Shown here: positions 34,772 through 45,230 of the stretch, piece by piece
Numbering within the stretch: the stretch's first letter is position 1
Layout of the letters: each line of letters starts with the position of its first letter
Assembly (NCBI GenBank): GCA_035570055.1
Contig: DATMLM010000023.1
Location: 5,876-69,875 of the forward strand
Origin: Gemmatimonadaceae bacterium
Lineage (GTDB): Bacteria; Gemmatimonadota; Gemmatimonadetes; Gemmatimonadales; Gemmatimonadaceae
DNA: 64,000 nucleotides
Reading direction: 5' to 3'
Made by a program: the position numbers and the translations under genes
The notes under the pieces: generated by a model
Databases searched by the model: none
Told to the model about the DNA's origin: nothing
What the model saw: only the letters and a program-made list of their open reading frames with translations

Positions 34772-36502
34772 ATGCAACGACGCCTGGCGACGCTGCTGCT
34801 CCTGGCGGTTGCCTGCACGGATCCCCCGAGCTCCCCAGGTTTGGGTCCTGGCGTGAGCTCGTTACCGCGGCGGGGGCCGACCTTGGCGATCGTGTTCATC
34901 CCGAACCAGGTCGCGCAGGGGCAGGACGCTGCCTTTACCATCACACTTCCGCCCGCGGCGTACGCAGGCGGCATCCCGCTCATCTTCACGTTCTCCGGTG
35001 AGGCCACCGGGGTCGACACACTCACCCTGCCGCCAGACAGCAGCGGACAGCCACTCAAAGGCGACATCCAGGTTCCCGCTGATGCGCCAGACGGTGTGCT
35101 GTCGGTGGCGATCAATCTGCCGACCACCGGACAGCGTGCCACGACCACGCTGACCATCAAAGACACGCAAGCCCCGCAGCTCACCATGAGTGGCCTCACG
35201 GCCCGCGTCGCCGGATTCGACGCGCGGAATCTGCTCCTCGCCGGGACCACCGACACGATCGTCGTCTCGGCCACCGACAATCACGCGCTGGCCCGGGTCG
35301 GGTGGAGTATCAACGCACCTGTCTCGCTTGGCGACTCGGTGCCCGTGTCGGGCATCGCGACTACGGTGAGCCTGCCGATCCCGGTCGCCGCATCGCTCGC
35401 CGGCGATTCACTCTCGCTCAGCGTGTTCGCGGCCGATAGCGATGGCAATGTCGTGACGGTGAGTCAGCCCGGCGTGCTCGTGGCGCGGGTGACGACGCAT
35501 CCCGTGCAGAGTGTTCCCCGAGGGGGGCGCATCACCGACATCGCGTTCGACTCCCTTCGCGGTCTCCTCTATCTCGCGAAACCCGACAGTCAGATCGTCG
35601 CGGTGCTGTCGCTCAGCGGACTCACGTATCAGGCACCGATACCGGTCAACGGTACGCCGGTCGCGGTCGATCTCTCGCCCGGCGGCGACTCGCTCATCGT
35701 CGGCCTCGCGTCGCCCGCGACCGCGGCCATCGTCAGTCTCACATCGCCTTCGCATCCTCTCATCGGTACGATGCCATTCGGTACCACGGACACGCTGAGG
35801 TCCATGCGCGTGACGGGCGACAATAAAGCGCTGGCGTTCGCCAACTCCGCGGCGGTGGAGCTCGATCTCGCGAGTGGAGCGACGCAGGCACTCGCGTCGT
35901 CTGGCCCCGGCTGCCTGGGTCGTCCCACGCGGAGCGGCGACCATACGCACGTCATGCTCCTCAACTGTCCGACGCAAGTGTACGTCTCGACGACGCACAG
36001 CTTCGAAAGCGGCGGATATCTCGGCGCTCCGACTGGAGGCGTGAACACGTTCACGAGCGCGAATGCCTCCGGGTCCCTGGTCTATCAGATCAATCACGTG
36101 TTGGTCGACTCGACGATCAGCGTGGTGTTCGCGGGCGGGTATGATCAGGCGTACGGCGCGGCCGTGGCGCCGAATGGGATTGATTTCTATGTCGGCGAAG
36201 GGTCCGCCGACTCGCTGCCCGGGGTCTATCTGCACTACGTGCGGCCAACGACGTCGCCCGTCGAGATCTCTCTGGTACCACACCCCGCGTATGAGCTAGC
36301 GATCGATCGGAGCGGGACTACGCTGATTGGCATTACGGCCGACACTATTTTCGCCATCGATCTGACGCAGGCGACCGCGGCGCACGTGGCCACCAAGCAC
36401 ACGAGCCGCCGCGTTCGACGCGCGACGGCCCGGTGTGCTCAGCCTGGGGCTTTTCAGTTGCAGCTGCCGGGCACAATGCGGTGCGTCAACAGGTCGACCT
36501 GA
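34772..36502 (+). CDS. hypothetical lipoprotein (beta-propeller/Ig-like repeats)
   Basis: Lipobox LLLAVAC. 576 aa, Thr/Ser/Gly-rich. Confidence 0.5.
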   Translation: MQRRLATLLLLAVACTDPPSSPGLGPGVSSLPRRGPTLAIVFIPNQVAQGQDAAFTITLPPAAYAGGIPLIFTFSGEATGVDTLTLPPDSSGQPLKGDIQVPADAPDGVLSVAINLPTTGQRATTTLTIKDTQAPQLTMSGLTARVAGFDARNLLLAGTTDTIVVSATDNHALARVGWSINAPVSLGDSVPVSGIATTVSLPIPVAASLAGDSLSLSVFAADSDGNVVTVSQPGVLVARVTTHPVQSVPRGGRITDIAFDSLRGLLYLAKPDSQIVAVLSLSGLTYQAPIPVNGTPVAVDLSPGGDSLIVGLASPATAAIVSLTSPSHPLIGTMPFGTTDTLRSMRVTGDNKALAFANSAAVELDLASGATQALASSGPGCLGRPTRSGDHTHVMLLNCPTQVYVSTTHSFESGGYLGAPTGGVNTFTSANASGSLVYQINHVLVDSTISVVFAGGYDQAYGAAVAPNGIDFYVGEGSADSLPGVYLHYVRPTTSPVEISLVPHPAYELAIDRSGTTLIGITADTIFAIDLTQATAAHVATKHTSRRVRRATARCAQPGAFQLQLPGTMRCVNRST

Positions 36503-37332
36503 CACGTCAGCGCGATCTGGCCGGTCTCGACGTTGTACACGTTGAGCGGCACGAACTCCGTACCGTTGAACGTGACGACCACGTGGCGTTGCACCGTCTC
36601 GTTCTTGGTGACCGCGCCGGTGACCGTCAGGTTCCACGTCGCCCAACGCGTCCACGTGCCGCTCATCGGATAGATCTCGCCGTTGCGCGGGTGATTGAAC
36701 GTGACCGACGACGCCGTGTCATACGCGATACCGGCGTAGTTCCGGGTGTTCACGGAGCCGACGACGTTGATCGTGTCGTGCACGAGCGCGTTCGCGTTCC
36801 AGACGTGCGCGGTGGCCGAGTCGAGCGTCGGGCTGCCCATGACGGACGAGTTGCGCACCCGGTCGGCGTGCTGTGTCCAGTTCCCGCTGACATCAGCCAG
36901 GTCCTCATCCCACGTGCCCACGTACTCGACGGAATCGACTGCGGGGCTCCATGACGTGGCGCACGCGCCATTCGCGAACCACTCGCGCGTGCGATTGAAG
37001 CTGATCGTGTCTTGGAGGTTCCGGCCGAAGTAGTAGTTGATCATGACCGTCGTGCTCGGACCGCAGGGTCCGGCCGACGCGGACATGCCGCCGAAGCGTG
37101 AGCTCGGCGAGCCGACCATCAGGCCGAAGTTCGTGCCACCTTGGCCTTCGGTGCCGAAGTCCGCGGCATCGCCCGCCGCGTCCGGGGCCGACACAGTGGC
37201 CACGTCGTTCGAGACTTGCTGGTCGGATACGGCCGGCGTGCTGTTCGGGGACGTGGCGCTGCCGGAGCAGGCCGCGAGGGCGGCGACCATGATCGCGGCC
37301 CCTATCGTGGTTGTGAACTTTACGTGCGACAT
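36454..37332 (-). CDS. hypothetical lipoprotein
   Basis: MSHVKFTTTIGAAIMVAALAACSGS lipobox. 292 aa. Confidence 0.5.
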   Translation of the reverse strand: MSHVKFTTTIGAAIMVAALAACSGSATSPNSTPAVSDQQVSNDVATVSAPDAAGDAADFGTEGQGGTNFGLMVGSPSSRFGGMSASAGPCGPSTTVMINYYFGRNLQDTISFNRTREWFANGACATSWSPAVDSVEYVGTWDEDLADVSGNWTQHADRVRNSSVMGSPTLDSATAHVWNANALVHDTINVVGSVNTRNYAGIAYDTASSVTFNHPRNGEIYPMSGTWTRWATWNLTVTGAVTKNETVQRHVVVTFNGTEFVPLNVYNVETGQIALTCQVDLLTHRIVPGSCN

Positions 37333-37467
37333 CGGTTTCGCCTCCCTGGGTTGAAATTCTGTCAGGGAGACGGAGGCCATTTCGCGGCCGTTAAGTGGCC
37401 ATCAAAAGAAACAGCCGGCCGGGGTCATTGCGTGACGACTCCGGCCGGCTGCGTGACGAACGTCTGT

Positions 37468-37740
37468 TTATTTATCGAAGTCCAGGCAGGTGTGCAGCTG
37501 GGCCAGCGCCGCGTCAATCGCGTGAATCGCATCGACGCGATGGCCACCGAAGTCGTGCGCCGCATGCTGCAGATGCTCCTTCGCATGCTCGAGCGAATGG
37601 ATGGCGGCCCAGATCTCTGGGTGCGGCTCGTTCGCCGTGACGACGACCGGCGCGAGGGTCACGACTGGCGCGGGCGCCGGGGCGCTGCGCGTTCCGATGA
37701 AGCCCATGAATGCCAACGCTGCGAAGGCTGTCCGGATCAT
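37468..37740 (-). CDS. small secreted His-rich helical protein (90 aa)
   Basis: MIRTAFAALAFMGFIGTRSAPAPA signal, then EIWAAIHSLEHAKEHLQHAAHDFGGHRVDAIHAIDAALAQLHTC. The long ORF 37468..38367 is otherwise antisense to the PEBP gene. Confidence 0.35.
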   Translation of the reverse strand: MIRTAFAALAFMGFIGTRSAPAPAPVVTLAPVVVTANEPHPEIWAAIHSLEHAKEHLQHAAHDFGGHRVDAIHAIDAALAQLHTCLDFDK

Positions 37741-37796
37741 GCGGTGTCTCCTGGTTGTGAGTGACGACGATATGAGACGATCGAACGCACAACACG

Positions 37797-38384
37797 TTAG
37801 GGACGGCCGAATCGACCCTCGATCTGTCCTTGCGCCAGCACGTGCCCACGCATCAGGAACGTCAAGGTGGCGAGCGTCGTCCCCGGACCGGCGCCGTTCA
37901 ACGCCGGCACATCCAGGGCTGAGACGGTGAAGAGGTAGCGATGCGGCTTGTCGCCCGGCGGTGGGCATGGCCCACCATACGCGTGCATGCCGAAATCGGA
38001 GTACCCGGTGACACCGCCACCGGGCGTCGCGGCGGCGCCCGCGTTCTCGGCGAGGCTCGTGACGTTGGCCGGGATGTTGAACACGAGCCAGTGCACGTAA
38101 CCGATTCCCGTCGGTGCATCCGGATCCCAGAGCGTGACCGCGAAGCTCTTGGTCTCCGCCGGGAATCCGCTCCACGCGAGTTGTGGCGAGGCGTTGCCGC
38201 CCGTGCAACCGAAGCTGTTGAACACGGTCTGCATCGGCAGCGAGCCGCCCGCCTTGAACGTCGTGCTCGTGACCGTGATCAGTTTCGCGCTGCTCGGCTT
38301 CTGCGGCGCGACCGGCGTGGGCATCTGCGCCACCGCCGTCGTCGCGGTCCAGAACATCGCCATGCACAATGCCAGTCGTCGCAT
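37797..38384 (-). CDS. YbhB/YbcL family Raf-kinase-inhibitor-like (PEBP) protein
   Basis: Signal peptide MRRLALCMAMFWTATTAVAQM, then PQLAWSGFPAETKSFAVTLWDPDAP ... GYVHWLVFNIP ... PPPGDKPHRYLFTVSALD. Confidence 0.75.
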   Translation of the reverse strand: MRRLALCMAMFWTATTAVAQMPTPVAPQKPSSAKLITVTSTTFKAGGSLPMQTVFNSFGCTGGNASPQLAWSGFPAETKSFAVTLWDPDAPTGIGYVHWLVFNIPANVTSLAENAGAAATPGGGVTGYSDFGMHAYGGPCPPPGDKPHRYLFTVSALDVPALNGAGPGTTLATLTFLMRGHVLAQGQIEGRFGRP

Positions 38385-38481
38385 GCGGGGCAAGCTAGTC
38401 GCGCCAGGTCGCGATGTCACGTGGCCGTCAGGGAAATTTTCCCTCTTCCCGCGTCTCGTCTACGTGACGATACTTGGGGCC

Positions 38482-39048
38482 ATGCGATACTCATTAGCAG
38501 TCATCGTCGCGGCCGCCACGATAGCGGGTGCGGCCCGCGCGCAGGACGTCCCGAATCGCGCAGACGCGATCGAGATCCGCAAGCAGTTCATGAACGACCT
38601 CGACACCCTCCACGCGAAATTCACGGCGCTCGCCAACGCCATCCCCGCCGAGAAATACTCGTGGCGCCCCGCGCCGGGCGTGCGATCCATCGGCGAGGTC
38701 TTCATGCATGTGTCGAGCGAGTTCTATGTCTGGGCGCCCATCTCGTACGGCGCGAAGGCGTCGCCGGTCATCGGCACTACGAGTGACGCCGTGATGAAGC
38801 AGTACGAGTCGAAGTCGACGAAAGCCGACGTGCTCAAGGCGCTGAAGGACGGATTCGCGTACACGCGGGCGAGCATCGACGGACTCGATCCGAACGCGCT
38901 CGTGGGAACGAGAAAGCTCTACGACGGGCAGCTGACCGGCACGATCATCGAAGCGTCGTTCGGCATGGCCGGTGATCTCCACGAGCATCTCGGGCAGCTC
39001 ATCGCTTATGCACGCATGAACGGAATCACTCCGCCCTGGAGTAAGTAA
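38482..39048 (+). CDS. DinB-family (DinB_2 / damage-inducible four-helix bundle) protein
   Basis: Signal peptide MRYSLAVIVAAATIAGAARAQ. His triad context ...VFMHVSSEF...DLHEHLGQLIAYARMNG. Confidence 0.7.
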   Translation: MRYSLAVIVAAATIAGAARAQDVPNRADAIEIRKQFMNDLDTLHAKFTALANAIPAEKYSWRPAPGVRSIGEVFMHVSSEFYVWAPISYGAKASPVIGTTSDAVMKQYESKSTKADVLKALKDGFAYTRASIDGLDPNALVGTRKLYDGQLTGTIIEASFGMAGDLHEHLGQLIAYARMNGITPPWSK

Positions 39049-39158
39049 CGCCGTGTAACAGGCGCATCGCCGTGCGCACGCTGTAGATAGCGCACGGCGT
39101 CACTTTCGATCTCGCATACACGTAGTATTCGACGTCCCTTGAATCGGGTGTACGTCGT

Positions 39159-39797
39159 GTGATGCGGGTATTCCTGTGTTGTGCGGCGGCCGGCGGCGCG
39201 TTTCTCGTCCTGCAGTTCCTGCTCGGCGTCCTCGGTGTTCACCATCGCCATCACGGTGGTCATCACGTCAGCCATCATCACGGTGGCCGGCTTGGTGGTC
39301 GCGTCGGTGCTCGCGCGGGTGGACGCGCCGGCGGACGTCACGGCGCCAAGATGGCGCGGACGCGCTGGGGCAGCTACCTCACAAACCTCCAATCGATTGC
39401 GGCCGCCTTCGCGTTCTTCGGCCTAGGCGGAGCGGCTGTCCTTTCGAGCGGCGCGGCCGTGTGGAGCGCCGTCGCGGTTGGCGCGGTCGCGGCTGTGGCG
39501 GCAGCCAGCGGAGTCGCGGCACTACTGCGGTCGATGACCGCGTTCGAAAGTGACGGCTCGTTGCCAATCGACGCCGCGATTGGCGCGCTTGGGCAGGTGT
39601 ACGTGTCGATCCCGGCCCGTCAGGCGGGACGCGGCAAGGTGCACGTGACCGTGCGGGATCGCCTCGTCGAGTACGAGGCGCTCACGAACGGCGAGGCGCT
39701 CGCGTCGGGTGAGCCGGTGTTGGTGACGGACGTCGTCGGCACCGATGCACTCGTGGTGTGCGCGGTCGATGAACCTACTCTTCTCCAAGGAAACTGA
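39159..39797 (+). CDS. NfeD-family membrane protein (OB-fold; partner of SPFH/flotillin)
   Basis: TM segments plus a C-terminal OB-fold region GKVHVTVRDRLVEYEALTNGEALASGEPVLVTDVVGTDALVV. It sits immediately upstream of the flotillin gene. Confidence 0.65.
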   Translation: MMRVFLCCAAAGGAFLVLQFLLGVLGVHHRHHGGHHVSHHHGGRLGGRVGARAGGRAGGRHGAKMARTRWGSYLTNLQSIAAAFAFFGLGGAAVLSSGAAVWSAVAVGAVAAVAAASGVAALLRSMTAFESDGSLPIDAAIGALGQVYVSIPARQAGRGKVHVTVRDRLVEYEALTNGEALASGEPVLVTDVVGTDALVVCAVDEPTLLQGN

Positions 39798-39801
39798 TTG
39801 T

Positions 39802-41337
39802 ATGATCAACTCTCCGATCGTGTTCGAGCTAGTCGCGGCTGGCCTGGCCGCGGTCGTCTTCTTCGGCCTCGTGTCGATGTTCGTCGGACGCTACAAACGC
39901 TGTCCGTCGAACATGATCCTGGTCGTGTCCGGCAACGTCGGCGAGGGCAGCGTCGCCAAGTGCATCTCGGGCGGTGGCACCTTCGTGTGGCCGGTGATTC
40001 AGGAGTATGCGTATCTCACGCTGGAACCGATCCGCATCGACGTGCCGCTGACCGACGCGCTGTCGCTCGAGAATATCCGGCTCAGCGTGCCGAGCGTGTT
40101 CACCGTCGCGGTGGGCACGGATAGCGAGATTCGCCAGAACGCGGCGATGCGGCTCCTCGGTCTCTCGTCCAAGGACATCCAGGAGACGGCACACGACATC
40201 ATCGTCGGGCAGATGCGGCAGGTGATCGCCGGCATGAAGATCGACGAGGTGGCGCGTGACCGTGATTCATTCCTGCATCGCATCCAGCATCAGCTGGAGC
40301 CAGAGCTCAAGAAGCTCGGGCTCGTGGTCATCAACGTGAACATCACCGACCTGAAAGACTCGGCCGGGTATCTGGAGGCACTCAGCAAGCAAGCCACGCA
40401 ACAGGCCATTCAACAAGCGCGCGGCGACGTCGCCGAGCAGGAAAAGCTCGGCGAGGTGCGGGTGGCGAGCGCGGTCCGCGACAAGACCGTGCAGGTCGCC
40501 GAGGCGGACAAGCAGCGGCAGCTCGGTCTCCGCGAGATGCAGCGCGACCAGGCCGTGCGCATGGCCGAGATGGACAAGGAGCAACAGGTGGCCGAGCAGA
40601 CCGCCGCGTACCAGCGGGAGGCCCAGGTCAAAGACGCCGATTTCAAGAAACGCGTCGCGGTCGCCGAGGCGGATGCGAAAGCCGTCGCTGGCGAGGCGCA
40701 GTCGCGGGCGTTGGTGGTTGCCGCGCAGGCGCAGTTGCAGGTCAAGACCGCCGAGTCGTTTCGGATCGGCGAGATCAGCAAGCGGGAGGCCGACGCGGCC
40801 GTTGCCGAGGCACAGAACCGCGCGATGGCCAAGGCCGCGGTGGCCGAGGCCGAGCGTGTAGAGGCCGAGCAGCGGGCGAAATTGGAGGCGCCCGCGAAGG
40901 CGGAGAAAGCGCGGACGATCGTCGAAGCGGAAGCGGCCGCCGAACGTCGTCGGATCGAGGCGAATGCCGAAGCGGCGGCGATCTACGCGAAGCTCGAAGC
41001 CGAGGCGCGCGGCCAGTTCGAGATCATGAGTAAGAAGGCGGACGGCCTAGCGCGTGTGGTGGCCGCCGCGGGTGGTGACGCGCGGGCCGCGTTTCAGTTG
41101 TTGATGGTCGAGCAAATTCCGATGCTGGCCGATAGCGCAGCCCGGGCGGTGCAGAACATCAAGTTCGACAAAGTTGTCGTGTGGGATAGTGGACATCCGA
41201 ATGGCGGTGCGGCGGGATTCGTTCAGAACGTCGCCCATGCTGTTCCGCCGATCATGCAGGTGCTCAAGGACGTGGCGGGCATTGATCTGCCGCCCGTGCT
41301 CGGCGCGCTGAAGGACGAGGCACTAGTCCAGAAGTAG
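39802..41337 (+). CDS. flotillin-like SPFH/band-7 protein
   Basis: An N-terminal TM, an SPFH domain, and a long Ala/Glu/Gln-rich coiled coil (AEADKQRQLGLREMQRDQAVRMAEMDKEQQVAEQTAAYQREAQ...). Confidence 0.8.
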   Translation: MINSPIVFELVAAGLAAVVFFGLVSMFVGRYKRCPSNMILVVSGNVGEGSVAKCISGGGTFVWPVIQEYAYLTLEPIRIDVPLTDALSLENIRLSVPSVFTVAVGTDSEIRQNAAMRLLGLSSKDIQETAHDIIVGQMRQVIAGMKIDEVARDRDSFLHRIQHQLEPELKKLGLVVINVNITDLKDSAGYLEALSKQATQQAIQQARGDVAEQEKLGEVRVASAVRDKTVQVAEADKQRQLGLREMQRDQAVRMAEMDKEQQVAEQTAAYQREAQVKDADFKKRVAVAEADAKAVAGEAQSRALVVAAQAQLQVKTAESFRIGEISKREADAAVAEAQNRAMAKAAVAEAERVEAEQRAKLEAPAKAEKARTIVEAEAAAERRRIEANAEAAAIYAKLEAEARGQFEIMSKKADGLARVVAAAGGDARAAFQLLMVEQIPMLADSAARAVQNIKFDKVVVWDSGHPNGGAAGFVQNVAHAVPPIMQVLKDVAGIDLPPVLGALKDEALVQK

Positions 41338-41826
41338 GACCATCAGGGTGGTATCGAGCCACGCGCCATCATGCAGTTGGGCGCGTGGCTTGCGCCCGTA
41401 CTCGCGAAACTCGAATCGCTCATACAGGCTACGCGCCGGAGCGTTCTCCGCCGCCAACTCCAGTCCGACCCAGCGCAGCCCCAGGTTCCGCGCGTGTGCG
41501 ATGAGCCGTTCCATGATGCCATCGGCTACTCCAGCGCCACGCGCCGATGGCGTGACATACATGCCGACGATCTCTCCCCTATGGCGAACCGTCGTCCGGG
41601 TCTCGCGCAGGAGGGTGCCGATGCCAACCAAATTGTCTTGACTGAATGCGCCGATCGTGGCGTTGTCCGGCGTCGCCAGGCGAGCCGTGTATCCGTCGAG
41701 GGTGAGGGCTGACTCCTCCTCGATGGTGCTCTGAAAGGCGCGGGACGCCAGGCGCAGCCCCTCCAGGCGGAGGGCCCGGTACACGGCCGCGTCAGCTGGC
41801 GCTAAGCGGCGAAAGGTGACCTCCAT
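41323..41826 (-). CDS. GNAT family N-acetyltransferase
   Basis: From MEVTFRRLAP..., with the acetyl-CoA motif VGMYVTPSARGAGVADGIMERLIAHARNLG. Confidence 0.7.
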   Translation of the reverse strand: MEVTFRRLAPADAAVYRALRLEGLRLASRAFQSTIEEESALTLDGYTARLATPDNATIGAFSQDNLVGIGTLLRETRTTVRHRGEIVGMYVTPSARGAGVADGIMERLIAHARNLGLRWVGLELAAENAPARSLYERFEFREYGRKPRAQLHDGAWLDTTLMVLLLD

Positions 41827-41858
41827 CCCGCAAGCTACGCGGGATGGAGGTCGCCCAG

Positions 41859-44800
41859 CTAGAACGCGTAGTGCACGCCCACTTCCATTCGCCAGACGGA
41901 CGGCTCGAACACGCCGGTCCCGAAATCGGTCACCACTTGCTTCGGCGTCGGCGTGTACTGGTACGCGAACCGGTGATTCGCGGGGTCGAAGCCCTGCGTG
42001 TACAAGATGTCGGCGTCTTCGAACGGCGTGACCTGCTTGTACAGGCCCCAACCGCGATCGAGCAGGTTCGGCAGGTTGAAGATGTCCCACGAGAGCTCGA
42101 ACGACTGGCCAGCGACGTGGAAGTCTTTCGCGATCCGGGCGTTAATGATGTCCTGCCACGGATTGCGGCACGCGTTGCGGGCCATGATCGTCCCGCGGGC
42201 CGAGGCCAAGCACGAGATGGAATTGATGTAGGAATTGAGCTGATTCCACGCTTGCTGCTGCGCGGGGCCGGACACCACTTTCCCGGTTGCGTCAGTGAGG
42301 GTGATATCGTTGATGTTCTTGGGGACGTAGATCATGTTCGTCGTCCCGCCGGAGCTGACTCCCAGGCCGCTGACATCGCCGCTCACCGCGTACGAGTACG
42401 GCGTGCCCGACCGGCCGACGTAGAACATCGACCCCTTGATGCCGAGCGGGAAGACGTTCATGGCGCTGACCTTGATCTGGTTCGGCGTCGACCATTCCGA
42501 CGGCGTCAGCGGCCGGTTGAAGATCGTCGCGTTCCCACTCAGCTCGCTGTACTGGTAGTTCGAGGTGGCGATGCTCGACGAGAGCGACATCCGGTCGAAG
42601 CTCTGCGCGTAGGTGTACGACGCGTGGATCTCGCCGTACGATCCGAGCAACCAGCGCCCGAACGTCTTGCCGATCTGCGGCGTGATCGAGTAGCCGTAGT
42701 CACCGCTGCGGTTGATGCCCGTAATGATCGGCCCGAAGTTCGGGTTGAGGTGCGTCGGGTTGATGTAGTACTGGAACGGATCGGTCGGCTCGGAGCCGTA
42801 AATCGGCCGGTTGCCTTCGCCCGCGAGGTAGCCCTGCACCTTGATGTTCTGATCGATCAGATAGATCTGGTGCTCGGTGAGCGAGTACTGGCCATCGAGC
42901 TTGGCGATGAAGCCGTCGCCGAGCCGGCGATCGATGCCGAGCGACGACCGCCAGATCTGCGGGAACTGGACGTTGCTATTGAACGTGTTGATGGTCGGCA
43001 CGGGCGGCGAGGAGCCGGCGCCGCCGTTGCACTGCGTCGGCTGCGCGCTCGGCACCGGCGTGAAGTTCGGCACGACATTGCCACGGCACGTGAGCAAGGT
43101 CTGATCGACACCCGTATTGCTGTACGCGTCGGACAGCCAGACGAATGCCGGCCGGCCTTGGAACAGTCCGGTACCGCCGCGAATGATCGTCGAGTGGTCG
43201 CCGAGGATGTCGTAGTTGAAGCCGATGCGTGGTGAGAACTGGGCGTTGCCGTTGGGGAACGAGGCGGTATTGATGCCGGACTGCGAGAGCAGCGTGGGGT
43301 TCTGTTTCGGACCCGTCGGGATGAGCGGCACATCGACCCGGACTCCGCCCATCAGTGTCAGTCGATCACTTGGCGCCCACTGATCTTGGACATAGCCGCC
43401 GAGCTGGTTCGCGGTCCAGTTCGCGTAGGGGCCGCCCGGACGCAGCGGGAGCGCGATCTGGTACTCACTGGCATTGCCGGCGAGGAAACTCTGAACGGAC
43501 GTGAACGTCCACTGCCCGAATGCTTGCGGGAAGAAGTTGTTCTGGAACTGATAGAACTCGTTGTGCGTGCCGATGGTCAGGTGGTGATCGCCGAGCGCCA
43601 TCGTCAGGTTGTCGGTCAGCTCGATGATGTTCTGGTTCAGATTATTGTCCTGCGAGTACTCCTCGGCGCCGGCCACGTAGTAGCCGCTGGAGCCCGCGTC
43701 CGGCCCGGACGGTGTGGTGTACCGGACGGAGATTTGCGGAGAGTTGGAGTTGGGCGGCCGGTTGTCGCGGATCAGCATGCCCGAGACGATGAGGCTGTTC
43801 GAGAAAATGCCGCCGAACGTCGCGTCGTAGTTGAACCGCGTCGTCGAGTTCCAGTTCTTGATCTTGTAGCCATCCGACGAAAAGTCGTAGTTGCCGGACG
43901 TGATGTAGTTGCGATCGATGAAATCATTGTACCCGCTCGCGTAGTTCTCCGAGATCGTCATCGTGTTGCCCGGCGCGAGCTGAAAGTCCACTTTGCCGAA
44001 GATGATCGGATTCGGGTTGTTCAGATTTTGTTGGCTGAGCGTGCCGGGATTGACGCCGTACGAGGAGATCTTCTGGGCGATCTGTTGCGCGGCCGCCATC
44101 GAGTACCCGATCTGGTCGATGTTCTGCGTGTCGTTGGATCCCAGGGTCGGCGAGGTTGGCGACTGCAAGTAGCGGGTCTCGAACGCGACGAAGAAGTGGG
44201 CAACATTTCTCACGATCGGGCCGCTGAACGATCCACCGAAGTCGTGTTGCGCGAAGGGTGGGATGTGCTGGCCGAAAATGTTCTCGCCGACGAGGCTCTG
44301 ATTTCTGAAGTACTCGAGCAGCGAGCCGTGGAACTCGTTCGTGCCCGATCGCGTGACGACGTTCACGAGCCCGCCCGTGAATCCGCCGAGTCGGACGTCG
44401 TACGGCGCGATCTGCAGCTGTAACTGGTCGACGGCCTCGAGCGGGATCGCCCGCGCGTTGACCTGGCCGCCTGGCAGCCCGTTGTCGGCCAACCCGAACA
44501 GGTCGTTGTTGACGCTGCCGTCGATCAGAATGTTGTTGAAGCGATTGTTCTCGCCCGCGATCGAGAGACTGCCCTGCGAGAAGCTGACTTCCGGCGCCAT
44601 CTCGAGCAGGGCCTGGAAGTCGCGGTCGACCGACGGCGTCGAGTGGACCAGCGAATCGCTGATCGTGTACGATGCCCCGGTGCGGGTCGCGTCATCGAGC
44701 TCGGACTTGGGCACGGTCACTTGCACGGCCTGGAGCTCGACCGGTGACGCCGTCAGCGTGAAATCGCCGACGAAGCGTTGGCCGAGGACGAGAAAGATTC

Positions 44801-45101
44801 CGTTCAGCTGCTCGGGCCTGTAGCCGACCGTGCGGGCGATGAGGTGGTATGGTCCGCCGACTGGGACATTTTCGATCGCGTAGCGTCCCGTTGTTCCGGT
44901 CACGGAGCCCCACCGCTCGCCGGTGGCCGGGTTCGTCAGCAGTACCGTGACGTTGGGGAGTGGTTGCTTCTGCGCATTGAGAACGGTGCCTTGCACCGCT
45001 GCGGTGTACACACCTTGTGCGCGCGCCGTGACAGTAACGGCGAGCGACAGCGCGAACGCGAGAAGCGTTGCGCCCGCCCGACTAATGATACGCACCTGCA
45101 T
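41859..45101 (-). CDS. TonB-dependent receptor with N-terminal carboxypeptidase-regulatory-like domain
   Basis: 1080 aa. A signal peptide, then a CarbopepD_reg region (GTVLNAQKQPLPNVTVLLTNPATGERWGSVTGTTGRYAIENVPVGGPYHL), a plug, and a barrel with a C-terminal aromatic residue (..VGVHYAF). Confidence 0.85.
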   Translation of the reverse strand: MQVRIISRAGATLLAFALSLAVTVTARAQGVYTAAVQGTVLNAQKQPLPNVTVLLTNPATGERWGSVTGTTGRYAIENVPVGGPYHLIARTVGYRPEQLNGIFLVLGQRFVGDFTLTASPVELQAVQVTVPKSELDDATRTGASYTISDSLVHSTPSVDRDFQALLEMAPEVSFSQGSLSIAGENNRFNNILIDGSVNNDLFGLADNGLPGGQVNARAIPLEAVDQLQLQIAPYDVRLGGFTGGLVNVVTRSGTNEFHGSLLEYFRNQSLVGENIFGQHIPPFAQHDFGGSFSGPIVRNVAHFFVAFETRYLQSPTSPTLGSNDTQNIDQIGYSMAAAQQIAQKISSYGVNPGTLSQQNLNNPNPIIFGKVDFQLAPGNTMTISENYASGYNDFIDRNYITSGNYDFSSDGYKIKNWNSTTRFNYDATFGGIFSNSLIVSGMLIRDNRPPNSNSPQISVRYTTPSGPDAGSSGYYVAGAEEYSQDNNLNQNIIELTDNLTMALGDHHLTIGTHNEFYQFQNNFFPQAFGQWTFTSVQSFLAGNASEYQIALPLRPGGPYANWTANQLGGYVQDQWAPSDRLTLMGGVRVDVPLIPTGPKQNPTLLSQSGINTASFPNGNAQFSPRIGFNYDILGDHSTIIRGGTGLFQGRPAFVWLSDAYSNTGVDQTLLTCRGNVVPNFTPVPSAQPTQCNGGAGSSPPVPTINTFNSNVQFPQIWRSSLGIDRRLGDGFIAKLDGQYSLTEHQIYLIDQNIKVQGYLAGEGNRPIYGSEPTDPFQYYINPTHLNPNFGPIITGINRSGDYGYSITPQIGKTFGRWLLGSYGEIHASYTYAQSFDRMSLSSSIATSNYQYSELSGNATIFNRPLTPSEWSTPNQIKVSAMNVFPLGIKGSMFYVGRSGTPYSYAVSGDVSGLGVSSGGTTNMIYVPKNINDITLTDATGKVVSGPAQQQAWNQLNSYINSISCLASARGTIMARNACRNPWQDIINARIAKDFHVAGQSFELSWDIFNLPNLLDRGWGLYKQVTPFEDADILYTQGFDPANHRFAYQYTPTPKQVVTDFGTGVFEPSVWRMEVGVHYAF

Positions 45102-45230
45102 ACCCTCCGGCTCGGAGAAAAAGTTGACCGTTGAGCAAGAGGGCCATGCTATACGCCGATAGCAGAATCCCAGAACGTGAGCGGCAACGACCTCGTAACG
45201 ATGTAGTTGTTCGCGGCGGCGCCGCGGTCG

